A stretch of 54,261 bases of DNA from contig JADIIX010000068.1 in assembly GCA_027604505.1 (NCBI GenBank), forward strand, positions 62,001 through 116,261. The letters are read 5' to 3'. The notes under the pieces are model-generated. The model did no database searches. It saw only the letters and a program-made list of their open reading frames with translations, and was not told the origin of the DNA. The DNA is from Gonapodya sp. JEL0774 (Eukaryota). A program made the position numbers and the translations under genes. Shown here piece by piece: positions 50,938 through 54,261 of the stretch. Within the stretch, counting starts at the first letter, position 1; each line of letters starts with the position of its first letter.

Positions 50938-51100
50938 GGGAGTTTCAAAATCAGCCAGGCAAAATGCCGCATAAACCCGCAAACCACAGTCAGCATGGTA
51001 TGACGGTCTGAGCATGCAAGGACACTGCTCGAGCTTGAGGAAGCTCTGGCAACTCTAGTGTTACTGGAAGTGGTTGAGCCTGGCTGATTTTAAAACTCCC
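50938..51100. mobile_element. MITE-like element with 23-bp terminal inverted repeats
   Basis: gggagtttcaaaatcagccaggc versus gcctggctgattttaaaactccc (1 mismatch); no clear TSD. Confidence 0.7.
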
Positions 51101-51231
51101 ATGTATTTGTTATTGTCGGTGCGTGTATGAGTTCCACGTAAATTACTAGTTTTTGGTCAAGCAAGTGCTGAACACGCCACCCATAATCCCTCGAGAAACC
51201 CCACATCTCCCACATCCAAGATTGTGGCATC

Positions 51232-51700
51232 ATGGCGGATAATACAGACATGGAATCAAACGATCAGGTGGAAAGCAGGACTCAGATGGTTGTGGCAACT
51301 GGTGCGGCTTTCGTCGTGGTTGTTGCAGCAGCTGCCTCTTTTTTGATTCCCCATCCTCGCCAAGTCTGGTGCCCAATGACTAATAGTGCGCTTCAGGGCA
51401 ACGCCTGGACTCAGGAAATTCTGCGTGGCCATGATGAGATGGTCCTGGACAATCTGAGGATGCTGCAAACAGTCTTCCTAGGCCTCTGCCAGGAGATTTG
51501 CTTGCGACAGGAACTGATTGCAATACACAGCAGAGGTCAGCATAGAGCAGAAGATGGTGATGCTGATGATGTATTTGGGACAAGGGGTCTCTATGCGGGC
51601 TCTGAGGACCCAATTCCAACACTCTGTCTTACCCTATCCTGGCACTTCTACTGGACGCTCTCCTCAGATTCCTCTGCGTACTTCTTAATGAGCTTTCGCC
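51232..51700 (+). pseudogene. PIF/Harbinger-like transposase N-terminal fragment
   Basis: SALQGNAWTQEILRGHDEMVLDNLRM..VFLGLC, then frameshifted VSIEQKMVML..GVSMRALRTQFQHS; no DDE core seen. Confidence 0.65.
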
Positions 51701-52899
51701 AGCTTTAGGGTGGTTGCAACGTCAATGTATTATCTTCATTCACTCAGTCGCTGCGCACTACTGTGGTCACTACTGCTGCACTCTCGCCCCACACTCCCAG
51801 TCCAATTGCTCACTACATAACTCCACAACCAGGAATGCTAGAGAGATTGTTCAAGCACCAAAACGCATCTACTCTGCAAAGCAGTTTCAATGCGCATATT
51901 GGCGTCCTTAGATCACTGTCCATTGTTGAGCTATTCAACATCCAAACTCCACCCATACTTCAATACTTCTCCTTCTACTTCCCAGTTTTGCTTCATTTGG
52001 GGCCCAGTGGGTGGGGGAGGTTGCTGTGAATTTCAGGATTACTAGTTTTGGACAGTCAAAAAACTAGCCCTGAGGGTGATTATTTTCGTAGCAGGCAACA
52101 GCTAGTTTTTGGTTCGTGGAAAAACGAGTGCCGAACATTCGCACATAATCCGGAATTCCGTGAAAACTATTTTTTGGTGCACATAACTACTTATTGTGCA
52201 AAATTCCGTGCCGGCTGTAGACACCCTTCATTTGTGTAAACCTCAAATGTACCCTGAACAGAGCTGGTCAAAGCCTTTGAAAGCAGTATGGTCAAAGATA
52301 AGGCACCAAATATCATAGTCGATTGATATTTCATTTGCGTGATGTAATCTTGTGATGAAGGGAGTTTGAAACAGGTAGAATCAAGATGATGTACCGATTG
52401 GGGAGGTAGTGCTTAAGTCAAGGGCAGGAGACAGACACAGAAGCAGTGAGACAGTAATTCAACTCTTGATAGAGAGTTGATTTATCCTTTTAATCAAGAT
52501 AATAAATAAATCGGAGCGAGAGACCAGCATGAAGGAGCAACACACGTAAAGACTGCTCAGGGGACTGCAGGAGGAAGACCTGGAGGACATGCACACAAAG
52601 AGACATGACACACATTGATGGGTAACAGCAGCAGTTGTTTTTTTGGGACAATTTTGAGAAAGAGAATACAGGAGAGTCAAACACACCAGCCGGCGTGTAC
52701 TCAGGGTCTGGCTGTTGGAACCCTGTAAATTCATCAAGGGCCCAACAAACCATGTACAGACCATATCCCCAGCAGTATCCTTCAGCTGCTTGCCCCATGC
52801 GTACGCAACTGGACTTGCTACTGCTGGGTGCTGCTTCTGGCGTCGACCAATCTACACCACCAGCACCAGCTGCAGCAATTGCTCCAAGCGTGGACATTG

Positions 52900-53032
52900 T
52901 GTTGGATGGGGGAAGACTTTGTCTGTATGCAACTTATCTATTACATGTACCACTGCTCATCTATGTGGCCCTGGCTAATCTAGTATACACACATCACCCA
53001 TGTAATGTAAAATATCCAATATTAGACAAACA
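52900..53032 (-). mobile_element. 3' LTR (133 bp) of the Copia element
   Basis: On the minus strand the PPT AGGGGGAG is immediately followed by TGTT...CCAACA. Confidence 0.85.
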
Positions 53033-54261
53033 CTCCCCCTGATCATAAACATCATGATCCACTGTCAATGTCAGACACTCCCATGTTTGCCCTATGTCAC
53101 TCGAAATTGGCTTCAGGTAATGGTTTTGTCATTGCATCTAAAGTGTTCTTGTTTGTGGGAATATGGATCAGGTGAAGGGTATTCTTCTTAATCTCATTGC
53201 GAACCAATGAAATATTTGATTGGGAAATGTTTCGTCATGTGGTGATTCTGTTGATTTTGTGCCAATGATAAAGCACCCCTGTTGTCGCCATACAGAGTAG
53301 CATAAGGTTTTCCTGATCCAATCAGCTCAGTACCTGATTTCAAAGGCCATCCAAGCTCTGAAAGTATGTGAGAGAACCATAACAGTTCTTTGACTGCAAA
53401 GTGCTGGGCTACAAACTCTGCAAATGTTGACAAATCAGTTAAAAGTTCCTGCTTTTTACTTGACCAACTGATGGCTCCCCCTGACAACATGAGGATGTAT
53501 CCCTGCCGGGATTTGAAATCATGAGGGTCTCTGTAAGATGCGTCATAATAACCACTAAAATCTGTTCTGGTGTGGGTCTGCCTCGGGTCATCTCTCCCAA
53601 TGTAAGTAACACCATGGTTGCCGGTGCCACTCAAATATCAGATAAGATGGATCATTGCATCATAGAGTTTCTTGCTGGGATTCTGAAGAGCTTTGGAAAG
53701 AACACGTAATGCCATAGCTGCATCACCATGACTTGTAAGGACTATTTAATTAAAACACCAACGCAACAGCAGTAGTTCACATGATCAATGCCAGCCTTGT
53801 CACTGTCAGTGGTCAGGCAATCTGCACGGGATAAGACCAGTCCAGGTTGCATAGGGGTGGAAGCTGGATGACATCCAGTCATGTTTTGATCATCTGTTGA
53901 GATGGATGTTCGGTTGCTTATCTATATTTTCTCTGTGCACACAACTGAGCTTACAAACAATGCCCTTCACTGTTGGAACTCCAAACTTTTCTTTTCTCGC
54001 ACACACTACATGGGAAAATGGGCTGCTTATATGTACTCTGTCAGACTGTGACACAGGCCACAGCGATGACTCATGAGAGTACCTTCCCAAATCCAAAGTA
54101 TACAAATAATTGTGTCACCAATGGGTATTTCACTCAAGACTTCACTCGCTTTAAGCATATTGTTTCCAATCCAACTAACCAACAGCTCCCAATCCCATTC
54201 CTGCACAATGTCTTTCAAAATCTGGTGTTGACAATGGCTTGGTCATCACATCTGCAGTGTT
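53033..54261 (-). mobile_element. Degenerate Ty1/Copia pol (RT-RNase H) remnant
   Basis: MTGCHPASTPM; GYYDASY..KSRQGY..GGAISWSSKKQ..STFAEF..LYGDNRGALSLA..HHMTKHFPIKYF; stops present. Confidence 0.92.
53971..54128. mobile_element. Solo LTR family B copy inserted in Copia pol
   Basis: Begins tgttggaactccaaactt, shares cacacactacatgggaaaatggg and cacaggccacag.gatgactcat with the 50538 copy; flanked by ttcac; 3' terminus eroded. Confidence 0.75.

Noticed and set aside
52351..52627. TG..CA segment as a further solo LTR
   Set aside because: No TSD and no second copy in the window.

Overview
This is eukaryotic, intron-rich genomic DNA. A fungal Zn2Cys6 transcription factor occurs together with the flagellar gene IFT56, which points to a zoosporic early-diverging fungus (chytrid/monoblepharid-like; inference only). 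Bases 1 to ~46 kb are gene-dense with about 18 spliced genes: a CaMK-like kinase, a tandem GNAT, a Zn-finger protein, DOMON-cytochrome b561, IFT56, a dsRBD-DExH helicase, a Zn2Cys6 TF, a YghU-like GST, KXD1, mitochondrial AsnRS, an Stc1-like Zn-finger protein, mS35, IPK1, RFWD3-like, a methyltransferase and VPS8. From ~46 kb to the end is a CpG-depleted transposon graveyard: a decayed Crypton-F, a Harbinger fragment, a Copia remnant, many very short solo LTRs with TSDs and a MITE-like element. The CpG depletion extends about 4.5 kb into the intact VPS8 gene. The most unusual items are a hairpin-cluster plus (GGACTAT)n satellite element in an AsnRS intron, long introns with G-rich 5' and C-rich 3' ends, and a tandem GNAT whose halves share one intron position. 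No clearly new multi-gene system could be established. Exon boundaries were read by eye and are approximate.
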